DNA from: Candidatus Bathyarchaeota archaeon
GTDB lineage: Archaea; Thermoproteota; Bathyarchaeia; Bathyarchaeales; Bathycorpusculaceae
Direction: 5' to 3'
Length of the DNA stretch: 64,000 bases
Assembly (NCBI GenBank): GCA_963775895.1
Contig: CAVZKL010000016.1
Coordinates: 9,441-73,440 of the forward strand
Below the pieces are notes generated by a model. That model saw only the letters and a program-made list of their open reading frames with translations, was not told the origin of the DNA and made no database searches. Below are positions 51,752 through 60,518 of this stretch, one piece after another (within the stretch, counting starts at the first letter, position 1; each line of letters starts with the position of its first letter). The translations under genes and the position numbers were made by a program.

Positions 51752-52924
51752 ATGAACGGAAAACCTCTTGCATCCATAGTTTCTGCAGGCTTGTCCAAGT
51801 TTGGAAAGCTGGAAGGATTGTACGCCAGAGAGATTTTCGCGGATGCTGCGAAGGAAGCGTTCGACAACTGTCCCAAACTGGATCCGAAAAGGGACATCGA
51901 AGCATTGTTTGTTGGCCACATGGGAGAGTCTTTTGAACATCAAGGGCACACGGGGCCAACGATGGCGGATTGGGCAGGTCTCGGACATGTCGCGGCTACT
52001 CGTACTGAAGCTGCTTGTGCTTCATCTGGCGTTGCCTTGAGGGCTGCGATCTGCGCTGTGCGTTCCGGGCTAAGTGACGTGGTGATGGTGGGCGGTGCGG
52101 AGAAAATGACGCACAGAACGACTGCTGAAGTGACTGAATACCTTGCCATGGCCTCTGATTATCCCTTTGAACAGTGGAATGGCATCACTTTTCCTGGGCT
52201 TTATGCGTTGATGGCAACGGCGCACATGCATGCATACGGAACGACCGAGCGACAGTTGGCTGCGGTTGCCGTAAAGAATCATTTTCATGGCAGCATGAAC
52301 CCGAAAGCTCAGATGCAGAAGGAAATAACCCTCGAGAATGTTTTGTCCTCTCGAGTTGTTGCCTGGCCGTTGAAGTTGTACGACTGTTCCTTGATCACTG
52401 ACGGTGCAAGTTGCCTGATTCTAACGAGGCCTGAACTGGCAAACAGGTTTACAGACACACCAATACAAATAATCGGGAGTGGTCAAGCGAGTGACACCAT
52501 CGGCCTGTACGAGCGTAAGACTCTCACTTCTCTCGAAGCCGCCAAGATCGCTGCAAAAAAGGCTTACGAAATGGCAAACGTCAAACCTGAAGACATTGAT
52601 GTAGCAGAGGTCCATGACTGTTTCACGATCGCAGAGATTTTGGCTTACGAAGATTTGGGATTCTGCAAAGCTGGAGAAGGCGGAAGACTCGCTGAAATTG
52701 GCGAAACGAGGCTCGGCGGAAGGATCCCTGTTAACACGAGCGGAGGTTTGAAAGCAAAAGGTCATCCTGTAGGCGCAACTGGAACTGGACAGGCCTATGA
52801 GATTTTCTTGCAGCTCACTGGTCGTGCAGGTGGAAGACAGGTGAAAGATGCAGAGACAGCACTTACCCACAACGTAGGCGGATCGGGTGCAACCGCAACG
52901 GTGCACATATACAGGAGGGCGTAA
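51752..52924 (+). CDS. Archaeal acetyl-CoA acetyltransferase (thiolase)
   Basis: EAACASS, EVHDCFT, KGHPVGATG, HNVGG. Confidence 0.93.
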   Translation: MNGKPLASIVSAGLSKFGKLEGLYAREIFADAAKEAFDNCPKLDPKRDIEALFVGHMGESFEHQGHTGPTMADWAGLGHVAATRTEAACASSGVALRAAICAVRSGLSDVVMVGGAEKMTHRTTAEVTEYLAMASDYPFEQWNGITFPGLYALMATAHMHAYGTTERQLAAVAVKNHFHGSMNPKAQMQKEITLENVLSSRVVAWPLKLYDCSLITDGASCLILTRPELANRFTDTPIQIIGSGQASDTIGLYERKTLTSLEAAKIAAKKAYEMANVKPEDIDVAEVHDCFTIAEILAYEDLGFCKAGEGGRLAEIGETRLGGRIPVNTSGGLKAKGHPVGATGTGQAYEIFLQLTGRAGGRQVKDAETALTHNVGGSGATATVHIYRRA

Positions 52925-52926
52925 GA

Positions 52927-53337
52927 GTGAATGAACAGACTCCCTTCACGATAGAGCAGTTCTACAGGAACATCTCTCAGGGAAAACTCCTAGGCGCAAA
53001 ATGCCTGAAGTGCGGAAAAGTCCATCTTCCGCCAAGACCACTGTGCGACCACTGCTTCTCGAAGGAATTCGACTGGACTGCTGTTCCAACGAGGGGCAAG
53101 CTTCTGTCTTACACTATAATTCACATTGCGCCGCCGCAGTTCCAAGCGATGGCTCCTTACGCAATGGGCATCATCGAGCTTGAAAAGGGACTGAGAATGC
53201 CTGGCATGATTCAAGGAACGGCGTTAGAGCAAGTGAAGATAGGAATGGATCTGAAAATTGAGTTCGGAACAACGGTTGGTACGCAGCCTTGGCCTCAGTG
53301 GCCTAGATACTACTTCAAGCCTGTGCAATCTGAGTAA
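52927..53337 (+). CDS. DUF35 Zn-ribbon/OB-fold protein
   Basis: KCLKCG..HLPPRPLCDHC, GKLLSYT. Confidence 0.92.
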   Translation: MNEQTPFTIEQFYRNISQGKLLGAKCLKCGKVHLPPRPLCDHCFSKEFDWTAVPTRGKLLSYTIIHIAPPQFQAMAPYAMGIIELEKGLRMPGMIQGTALEQVKIGMDLKIEFGTTVGTQPWPQWPRYYFKPVQSE

Positions 53338-53513
53338 GAGCGCGCAAAGTTGGGCCAGCGCCTCTTTTCTTTTTCTGTAGGGCGGAAGTCGGTCACTCGA
53401 CATACCGCCTCAAGAACCTCGTTCGGTCAGCATATCAAGGATAATTGCGATGACGCCTTCCGCAAAGTTCAAGAATGCGTCCTGCTTCTCTTATGCAGGA
53501 AGGCTGATTTAGG

Positions 53514-53699
53514 ATGAACGTAGGAACAATTTGGAGCATGACTGCTGGACTTATGTTTATCATCGGGTTTGTTATTATGCTTCAGAAATACAGTGTTCCC
53601 TTCTTGAACGGCAGTTTTGATCTGGGCGTAGTCTTGTTCTTTGGAAGCATAGTCATGCTTCTTCTCGGATTCCTTCTTCTAGGCCAGAAGACCGAATGA
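53514..53699 (+). CDS. Small two-TM membrane protein
   Basis: 61 aa, two hydrophobic helices. Confidence 0.55.
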   Translation: MNVGTIWSMTAGLMFIIGFVIMLQKYSVPFLNGSFDLGVVLFFGSIVMLLLGFLLLGQKTE

Positions 53700-54143
53700 T
53701 TTGCAAAGCAAATTTCAAGGTGTTCCATGTGCTGTTCTCAGACGCGAGTAGACAAGCATCTATGATTGTTGGGACGTGCATTAGGATTAGCGTCAGAAAA
53801 AGTCTTCTCAGATTACAAGCTCAAAGTAGATTTAACTAGGAAATTTCGGTCACGTAGAATTGTGCAGGGAGGTGACGATTGTAAGCAGGCGTAGAATGTT
53901 TGATGGAATAGAATGCAGTAACTGTCAGTTCAAAGGAGGTACTTACTGCTGGCGACAGTGTCCATACAACGTTTGGAAAAGAGATGAATACTGAAAAAAC
54001 TAGGTTAAAATATAGGGCATCCCGACAGATTGCTATTATGGTTCAAGAAACAAGACTTGTAGAACAATCTTCTTGATTCTTCTATCATATTCACTTAATA
54101 AGCAAAGACTATCAATTTTAGTGGGGAGAAGGCAAGCAGAGAA

Positions 54144-54353
54144 ATGAATGAAGATAGAACAAGGGATTTGGAACAACAAGTCCTTGGAATTTTCAGCAAG
54201 TCGTTCTCGAAACGCTATGAGCAGTGGAAAAGGCAAGATCTTCTCGCTGTAGCGCTTGAAACGATGCCGAAACAGGTTGATGTTGAGAAAGTCATTGACA
54301 ACCTCATAAGGTTGAAATGTGAATTCGCGAAAAGGCTGAGCTACGAAGGCTAG
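54144..54353 (+). CDS. Small hypothetical protein
   Basis: 69-aa ORF followed by a GC tract and palindrome copy 4. Confidence 0.45.
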   Translation: MNEDRTRDLEQQVLGIFSKSFSKRYEQWKRQDLLAVALETMPKQVDVEKVIDNLIRLKCEFAKRLSYEG

Positions 54354-54396
54354 CCAGCTTTCGAGACGAGTTCGCGCGCGCTCATTCGCACTCACG

Positions 54397-54432
54397 GTTT
54401 GAGTTTGGGATAAAACTTTACCCCCAACCAAC
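54397..54432 (+). repeat. ~37-bp palindrome family, copy 4
   Basis: gtttgagtttgggataaaactttacccccaaccaac. Confidence 0.85.
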
Positions 54433-54576
54433 TAATTTCACTAACTCTCCCTACAAATCACTTCTCCAATCACTATTCCAATATCAATGCCTATACCTCT
54501 ATACCCATACTTATCCATACAACACACACGCACACGGCGCGTGAGGAGGGTAGGAATGGACGGTCAAAGCGCGCGC

Positions 54577-54879
54577 CTAGCGGGTGGGCGGTGCGGTCAG
54601 ACTCATGAGATTGTGACAGATTTTGCAGGCATCAATAACTTGCCGTCCTTTGTTGGTCGTTTCCCAGAGGCGACCGGCTTCAGCAAGGTAACCTGCTTCC
54701 TTCAGATCCACGAGATATCTGTTGCATTGGGCTGAACTCAAATTTAACTTGTCAATCATCCTGCCTTTTGTGCTTCCATGCTTCGCAATCCTCAGGATGC
54801 CCATGATAATGTCTTGGCGTCCCCTTCGTCCATGTCCACAAGGCATGGCATTCATCAATGTTCCTTTTACGGTCTCCAT
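54577..54879 (-). CDS. Archaeal winged-HTH regulator (HTH_45-like)
   Basis: RGRQDIIMGIL...NLS..QCNRYL..L...WETTNKG. Confidence 0.8.
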   Translation of the reverse strand: METVKGTLMNAMPCGHGRRGRQDIIMGILRIAKHGSTKGRMIDKLNLSSAQCNRYLVDLKEAGYLAEAGRLWETTNKGRQVIDACKICHNLMSLTAPPTR

Positions 54880-55051
54880 CTTCACGGCCCACACTTCCCT
54901 ACGGCAGACTAGTTCTCTGGTCAAATAGCTTTTGGTCGCACATGTTAACACCTTTGACGCGTGCGCTTTTTTCTTGTTCTAGAAAGTAGATGCGCTCCAC
55001 AAATTATATCTGTCAATTCAGCTTACATAGAGTCATGCATTAGGTGATAAA

Positions 55052-55654
55052 ATGACTCAAGTGAAGAGCGTTGGGATATCCAAAACATTGTTTGTAGTTG
55101 GGCTTATCGCAGCAATTCTGGCTTCTAGCCTAATCTCAGCAGTAATTGTGACACAACTTCCGATAGCCAAGGGACCTAAGGGAGACAAAGGAGACACGGG
55201 GGCAACTGGCTTGCAGGGGCCTCCAGGAGAGTCTAGAATATCAAACGTGTCATTCGTTAGCGTAGAAGGAATAGCCCCGGACAGTACTAGTTCTACGATA
55301 TACGGGGACATTAAGGGGGCGTCTTTGAGTATAGTCACGGAGAAGAACAGCAGCCTGCTAATCGTTTTTAGTGCCGCGCTTGATGGTCAATCTAGCAAGA
55401 ATTTTTCAGGCTACGTTTACCTAAGAGCGTTTGTCGATGGTATTCCGACTTCGCCCAACGGTGTCGAAGCTCTGTACATCAATATGGGCGAGCCCACGCA
55501 TGACCCGATGCGCGCTTTCGTCTTTGACACGACGGTTATTCCAGGAACGCACAGTGTGACGATTCAATGGATGGTGGCGACCACCGCTTTTGCCGCGGCC
55601 ATGTCTGTCGGTTCCACTGGTACCCTACAGGTCTTGGCTTTGCCGCTAGGCTAG
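55052..55654 (+). CDS. Membrane-anchored protein with short collagen-like G-X-Y repeat
   Basis: TM helix, GPKGDKGDTGATGLQGPPG, beta-rich C-terminus; ggtga SD. Confidence 0.8.
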   Translation: MTQVKSVGISKTLFVVGLIAAILASSLISAVIVTQLPIAKGPKGDKGDTGATGLQGPPGESRISNVSFVSVEGIAPDSTSSTIYGDIKGASLSIVTEKNSSLLIVFSAALDGQSSKNFSGYVYLRAFVDGIPTSPNGVEALYINMGEPTHDPMRAFVFDTTVIPGTHSVTIQWMVATTAFAAAMSVGSTGTLQVLALPLG

Positions 55655-55786
55655 AGCGCGCGCTCTTTAATGATTGCCTTCTTCATCAAGTCTTCTATTG
55701 CTTCGCTCATGTCGCCTAGATATTTCTGTGCGCCCGATTTGATGTATGCAGCAGAGACTCTGGCAGAATGAAAGGTCGCTTGACCA

Positions 55787-56320
55787 TTAGTCTTTCGTTT
55801 TGCGCAAGTTAGCAGCTATTCTAGAAAATGTTATGGGCAGATAGTGAGTACTTTCTTCTAGATTCAACAAGAATCCTTCGATGCTCTCAGCGTCCACGTA
55901 GGGTTTAAGTCGCTTCATCGCGTCTTCTTTAGCCTTTCGCATGTACTCTGCATATTCCGAGTAGTCCCTGAAGAATGAAATCACTATCGCGTCTTCTCGC
56001 ATACCTATCCCATTCATTGCTAGAAGAAACGTGGTGGGATTTTCTTTCTCCATTCTTCGGGATTCTTTTTGCATTTCTTCAACTTCTTGAGGAGAAAGCG
56101 TGTGCGCAAGTTTGAAGAAGATGACCGCCATGATCTGGAATCCCAGTTCCTGAAAGTTTGGTATCATTGTGTATTCTTTTATTGTGCCCTCTTTCTCGAG
56201 TCGCTGTCGGGTTCTAGTAATGGTCGGTTGCGAGACGTCCAGTGCTTTCGCTAATTCCCTGTCGCTTCTGCGACTGTTCTTCATAAGCTCGGCAATCAAT
56301 TTCACTTCAAGATCTTTCAA
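55787..56320 (-). CDS. Lrp/AsnC family regulator
   Basis: LMKNSRRSDRELAKAL.VSQPT.TR...LEKEG.IKEYT. Confidence 0.9.
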   Translation of the reverse strand: MKDLEVKLIAELMKNSRRSDRELAKALDVSQPTITRTRQRLEKEGTIKEYTMIPNFQELGFQIMAVIFFKLAHTLSPQEVEEMQKESRRMEKENPTTFLLAMNGIGMREDAIVISFFRDYSEYAEYMRKAKEDAMKRLKPYVDAESIEGFLLNLEESTHYLPITFSRIAANLRKTKD

Positions 56321-56634
56321 GACAATCTTTCCTCTTCAATTAGCAGACAAGTAGTAGGATCCTGCTTAAAAAACTGGTCCATGCGTTTCTGGAGACAAAC
56401 TGGTCAACCTTTCAATGAACGCAAAGGAAGTAAAAAAGAAAATAAGTTTCTTTAATGGATTTCATTCAAAACAGAATGGCCGAAGCTCCAGAATCGAAGA
56501 ATTTAAGATAGGCATGTTTTCTGCGATCTACTGTATCTCTGTTGTTCCTGTCTACAGAAACCTAATTCAGAATTCAGAATCTTTATTTTCTGTGAAAATG
56601 TGTTTCTGAAACGAGTTGCGGTGGTACAACCTCA

Positions 56635-56754
56635 ATGAAGCCGCCTTCGTCGCTGAGATCTTTGCTGAAAAGAAACGGGTATTCGGAGAAGACAGTGGAA
56701 GCCATATGGAAATGGTACGACTTCAATGATAGAAGGGGAGCCGCAAGTTATTAA
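56635..56754 (+). CDS. Possible 39-aa peptide
   Basis: Manual translation MKPPSSLRSLLKRNGYSEKTVEAIWKWYDFNDRRGAASY. Confidence 0.35.
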   Translation: MKPPSSLRSLLKRNGYSEKTVEAIWKWYDFNDRRGAASY

Positions 56755-56778
56755 GTCGGAACAAACTTTCAAAAATAC

Positions 56779-57477
56779 TCAATTTTTGCGGGATCTCGAC
56801 GATTTGTCAATCGTGTCAACCAATCGCGACACGTCTGAAACGGAACCCACCAAGTAGTTCACGCCTGCGGTCGTTAATTCCTTTTCAGATGACGACCCTG
56901 TTGGAAGCCCGACCGTGAGGACATCCAATTCTTTCGCGGACTGCACGTCATGGTGATTGTCGGCGATCAGTATCGCTTCTTCTGGTTTGACGTGGAGAGC
57001 TTTCAGCGTGGTTTGGAGGTGTTCAGGGTTGGGTTTGACGTTTTTCACCTTGTTTCTCGGTGTTACGGCGTCGAAGAATCTGGACAGTCCAAACCGTTTC
57101 AGAATGTAGTTTGTGGTTTTTTCGCTGTATGCGGTGAGCAAGCCGATTTTTAGATGCGCCTTATCTAGAGTCTCTAATTCTTCAGTGATGCCGGGAAGCA
57201 GTTCCGCGGTTTTTGCGGCTTCGAGTTCATATTGTTCAGATATTTCTGAGACTTCGTTGCGTATTTTTGTTACTGCTCTCTGGGGTTTGCCGCTGTTTTT
57301 CAGAAAGATCTCGGTTTTCTTCAGCATGTCAAACAGACTTTCATTCATGGATAGGACAGAAACTGGAATGCCGGCCTTTGCTAGATGGTTTCTGACTTCG
57401 GCTCTGATCGTCATGTGATCTAGGTTGAAGGTCGCGATCGTGCCGTCGAGCACAAATATAACAGCTTTGACGACCAT
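56779..57477 (-). CDS. HAD superfamily hydrolase (degenerate motif I)
   Basis: AVIFVLDGT, KPNPE, IADNHHD. Confidence 0.85.
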   Translation of the reverse strand: MVVKAVIFVLDGTIATFNLDHMTIRAEVRNHLAKAGIPVSVLSMNESLFDMLKKTEIFLKNSGKPQRAVTKIRNEVSEISEQYELEAAKTAELLPGITEELETLDKAHLKIGLLTAYSEKTTNYILKRFGLSRFFDAVTPRNKVKNVKPNPEHLQTTLKALHVKPEEAILIADNHHDVQSAKELDVLTVGLPTGSSSEKELTTAGVNYLVGSVSDVSRLVDTIDKSSRSRKN

Positions 57478-57639
57478 TGGTTCACATCTGAGGTGATTAG
57501 TTTTGAAGGCAGTACTCACGCTTGAGAAGAGATATACTTTGCGGTGAACCATCATAGCCAATCTTGGCTAGCAAACGAGGAGAATTTGGATGGCAAGAGC
57601 CTGCAAGTAAAAAGCATTTAAGTCGGAATCGGATTGGCT

Positions 57640-58210
57640 ATGACTCTGGATGAGCGATTCATGAAAACGATCGAGACTGAACGGCTCATTCTTCGTGATC
57701 TGATGGTGGAGGATTGGCCAGCAGTTCACGAGTACGCTTCTGACCTCGAAGTTGTTCGATACATGGACTGGGGTCCGAACACGGAAGATGAAACTAAGGA
57801 ATTCATTCAGAGGGCGCTCTCAAACTTGAGGGATGAACCTCGCCGCGTATTCACGCTCGCGATAGTAACGAAGACAGAAGGCAGGTTGATCGGAAGTTGC
57901 GGCATTCATGTCTCAAATCCTGAAAACCGCGAAGGATGGCTTGGTTACTGTCTTTAGCAGAGGTTTTTGGGAAAAGGGGTATGCGACCGAGGCCAGTAGG
58001 GCTCTGATGGATTTTGGTTTTGCTGAACTGGGTTTGCATCGGATATTCGCCACGTGTGACCCAGCGAATACTGCTTCTGCGCACGTGTTGGAGAAGTTGG
58101 GAATGAAAAGAGAAGGGCGTCTTCGAGAGCACAAGTGGTCGAAGGGAAAGTGGCGTGATTCTTTCCTTTACGCCATGTTGGAGCAAGAGTGGAAGGGGCT
58201 AGAGAAGTAA
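57640..58210 (+). CDS. RimJ/RimL-type GNAT acetyltransferase; frameshift near 57950
   Basis: IETERLILR, WEKGYATEA, N.AS..VLEKLGM..EG. Confidence 0.88.
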
Positions 58211-58252
58211 ACTGAATATTTAACCTGCTGCAATGTGTGTTCTTGATGCGCT

Positions 58253-58474
58253 ATGAGCTTTCAAGAATACGTGGGTGACAGACTCTGGCTGATATTGATT
58301 GACACGGTTCACTCTCTTGTCATGTACTCGTACCACAAGGCGTATACGAAGGAGGCCATTGTTCCTGAAAAACCGGAGATAGCACCTGCCGAGTTGGCGG
58401 CGAGGTTGAAGATGCCTGTCGGGGAGGCTTTGGTGATCCTGTATGAGTTGACGGAGGAAGGAAAGAAGCGGTAG
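58253..58474 (+). CDS. Small hypothetical protein
   Basis: 73-aa ORF, HTH-like C-terminus ELAARLKMPVGEALVIL. Confidence 0.6.
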   Translation: MSFQEYVGDRLWLILIDTVHSLVMYSYHKAYTKEAIVPEKPEIAPAELAARLKMPVGEALVILYELTEEGKKR

Positions 58475-58744
58475 TTCAGCTAAGTTTTGCGTCTTCTTGA
58501 CGTGTCTCTTAAGATGTTATTTTGCGCGCACGCAAAGATGTTCCTCCACTCTGAATGCGTCCATTTTGGCTTTGATGTCTTGGTTTTCTGTTCAGGTAAA
58601 TTTGTGCTGCCAATCGTTGTATCCGTTCAGGCGTGCGGCACAAATCGTTTTAACCTTTATAAGGCTTGCATCTCAAGATTATCAGGAGAGGCGTTCCTTA
58701 GAACGGAAGGTCTCGAAGTTGCTTTCACGAGGTTTCAGGGGGTG

Positions 58745-58957
58745 ATGTGTTTGAAGATTAGCGCTAGAAACCGTTTGAAGGGAAAGGTTGTGTCCGTTGA
58801 GAAGGACGGGTTGATGGCGAAGGTGAAGATCGAGGTGTCTGTGCCCGCTTATGTGACCGCGGTGATAACGAGGGATGCGACGGAAGATCTTAGCCTGAAG
58901 GTTGGAGATCAAGTCGAGGCTGTCATAAAGTCGACAGAAGTGATGATCGCTAAGTAG
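58745..58957 (+). CDS. TOBE/Mop molybdate-binding protein
   Basis: KISARNRLKG.V, TAVIT...L.LKVGD.V.AVIKSTEV. Confidence 0.92.
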   Translation: MCLKISARNRLKGKVVSVEKDGLMAKVKIEVSVPAYVTAVITRDATEDLSLKVGDQVEAVIKSTEVMIAK

Positions 58958-58958
58958 A

Positions 58959-59516
58959 CTATTCTACCACGTACCGGTAGGCCATGTGCTCACCGGCCGT
59001 GGAGCTTTTTCTTATTACCCGGAGTACGTCGCCTGGTTTTGCTCCTATTGCCTTCACCGTTGGATCCACAGAGCTTATTTGCGGGAGCTGGTACGGGTGA
59101 ACCCTGTATTTTTGGAGGAGTTGCTCTCTTTCTTCGTCGGTCAGGATTTCCTGTTTGGGGACGAGCTTGTGCTGGAAGATGTCGAATGCGGGAAAAGTTT
59201 TGGGCAGTAGTTCGATCTTCTTTTTCTTGGCACCCTGTTTGACGGCGTGGGTGTATCGTCCGTCGGTGACTATTATTCCCCTTTCGACTTCTGCGTCTTT
59301 CATGGCTTTTGCGAGTCGATTGATGCTGTTGATGCCCACGGTCGTTTCTCCTGGGACGCACCATATCAGGGCTTTCTGTTTTTCCTTTGGAATTTCAACG
59401 ATGTACCCTATGGCGTCATCGTGCTTCTGTTTCTTGATCAGTTTGTATGCTCTGAGTTTGATTAGGACGTCGGCTTTTCTTTCTTCTAGGCTCATGAGTT
59501 GTTGTTTCTTGCTCAA
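58959..59516 (-). CDS. rpoH: RNA polymerase subunit H (Rpo5) with Rpb5-like N-terminal domain
   Basis: HKLVPKQEIL, QLPQI...DP, KPGDVLRVIRKS.TAG..YRYV; ~105-aa N-terminal extension. Confidence 0.93.
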   Translation of the reverse strand: MSKKQQLMSLEERKADVLIKLRAYKLIKKQKHDDAIGYIVEIPKEKQKALIWCVPGETTVGINSINRLAKAMKDAEVERGIIVTDGRYTHAVKQGAKKKKIELLPKTFPAFDIFQHKLVPKQEILTDEEREQLLQKYRVHPYQLPQISSVDPTVKAIGAKPGDVLRVIRKSSTAGEHMAYRYVVE

Positions 59517-59625
59517 AACTTGGACCCTCGTTGCAAGAATGTTCGAAACCTAAACGACGTGTGTGCCCTTAAACCTTACGCTTCGAAGTCGAGCTGGGTT
59601 TGGCACTGAGGACTCGAGTTCTGCG

Positions 59626-59703
59626 TATTCGCTGAAAAAAGGCTTATTGTGTGCCCTCCCCTCCTCGGTTTCAATGTATCATGAATATTAGGATCCAAAT
59701 ATG
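59626..59703. repeat. 78-bp non-coding element, copy 2
   Basis: tattcgctgaaaaaaggcttattgtgtgccctcccctcctcggtttcaatgtatcatgaatattaggatccaaatatg. Confidence 0.9.
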
Positions 59704-59840
59704 AACGTGGATACGGTGGAATTCGACTTAGTCGGTTGGTTTTTCAGGTTTTTCGTGAGGATTCTTGCGAGCATCATTCGCGCCCGATGCGACTGGTGTG
59801 TTGTTGCGATTGGAAAAGCTGAGAGAACGTTGTTTGAAGT

Positions 59841-60518
59841 TTAGATGCGGAGGACTATGTTCTCAGCATAGTCCTTGATGGTTTCGGCGTATTTTGAGAA
59901 CGTTTCTGGAGTGTACGGGTTAACCGTGTTCAGTTTGCAGTCCAGTGTGTCGCCTGGAATGAATTGCTGTAGGGCCCAGGTTTTCGCGCCTTTGGCGATT
60001 TCGCACATGGCTTGGAGGTCGCAGGGGTCGACGAAGCCTGGAACGACGGTTGTTCTGAATTCGTATTCGACTTTTCCCGTCTTCAGCATTTCAGCGGTTT
60101 CCATCAGTTGCGCGGTCTCTTCTGCCCCCAACAAAGCGTATTTCTCCGGAGTGGTTTTAACGTCCAGTGCCACGTAGTCCAAGTGCGGTAGACACGCCTC
60201 GAGCATTCGTGAGTCAAGCCCGTTTGTGTCCAGTTTTGTGGCGAAGCCTTTTTCCTTCAGTTTCTTCAGAAACCTAGGCAGTTCCTTGTGGATTGTCGGC
60301 TCTCCACCTGTGACTACTACGGAGTCGACGTATTTCTTGCGTTCTTCAAGCATTTTCAGCGTGGTTTCTTCGTTGAGAAATGGGGGTTTTGGGTCGATCA
60401 CTATTCTCCAGTTGTGGCAGAATGGGCAGCGAAGATTGCACCCCGGTGTGAAGAGCACTGAGCTTACTCGGTTTGGGTAGTCGAGCAGACTTGTTTTTTG
60501 GATGCCGCAGAACTTCAT
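59841..60518 (-). CDS. nrdG: Anaerobic RNR activating radical SAM enzyme
   Basis: GCNLRCPFCHN, TGGEPT, KLDTNG, EFRTT; ATGA overlap with nrdD. Confidence 0.95.
   Translation of the reverse strand: MKFCGIQKTSLLDYPNRVSSVLFTPGCNLRCPFCHNWRIVIDPKPPFLNEETTLKMLEERKKYVDSVVVTGGEPTIHKELPRFLKKLKEKGFATKLDTNGLDSRMLEACLPHLDYVALDVKTTPEKYALLGAEETAQLMETAEMLKTGKVEYEFRTTVVPGFVDPCDLQAMCEIAKGAKTWALQQFIPGDTLDCKLNTVNPYTPETFSKYAETIKDYAENIVLRI

Noticed and set aside
58487-58744. N-terminal extension of the TOBE protein
   Set aside because: The domain starts at ~58745-58751 after a ggggtga SD; the upstream translation is not protein-like
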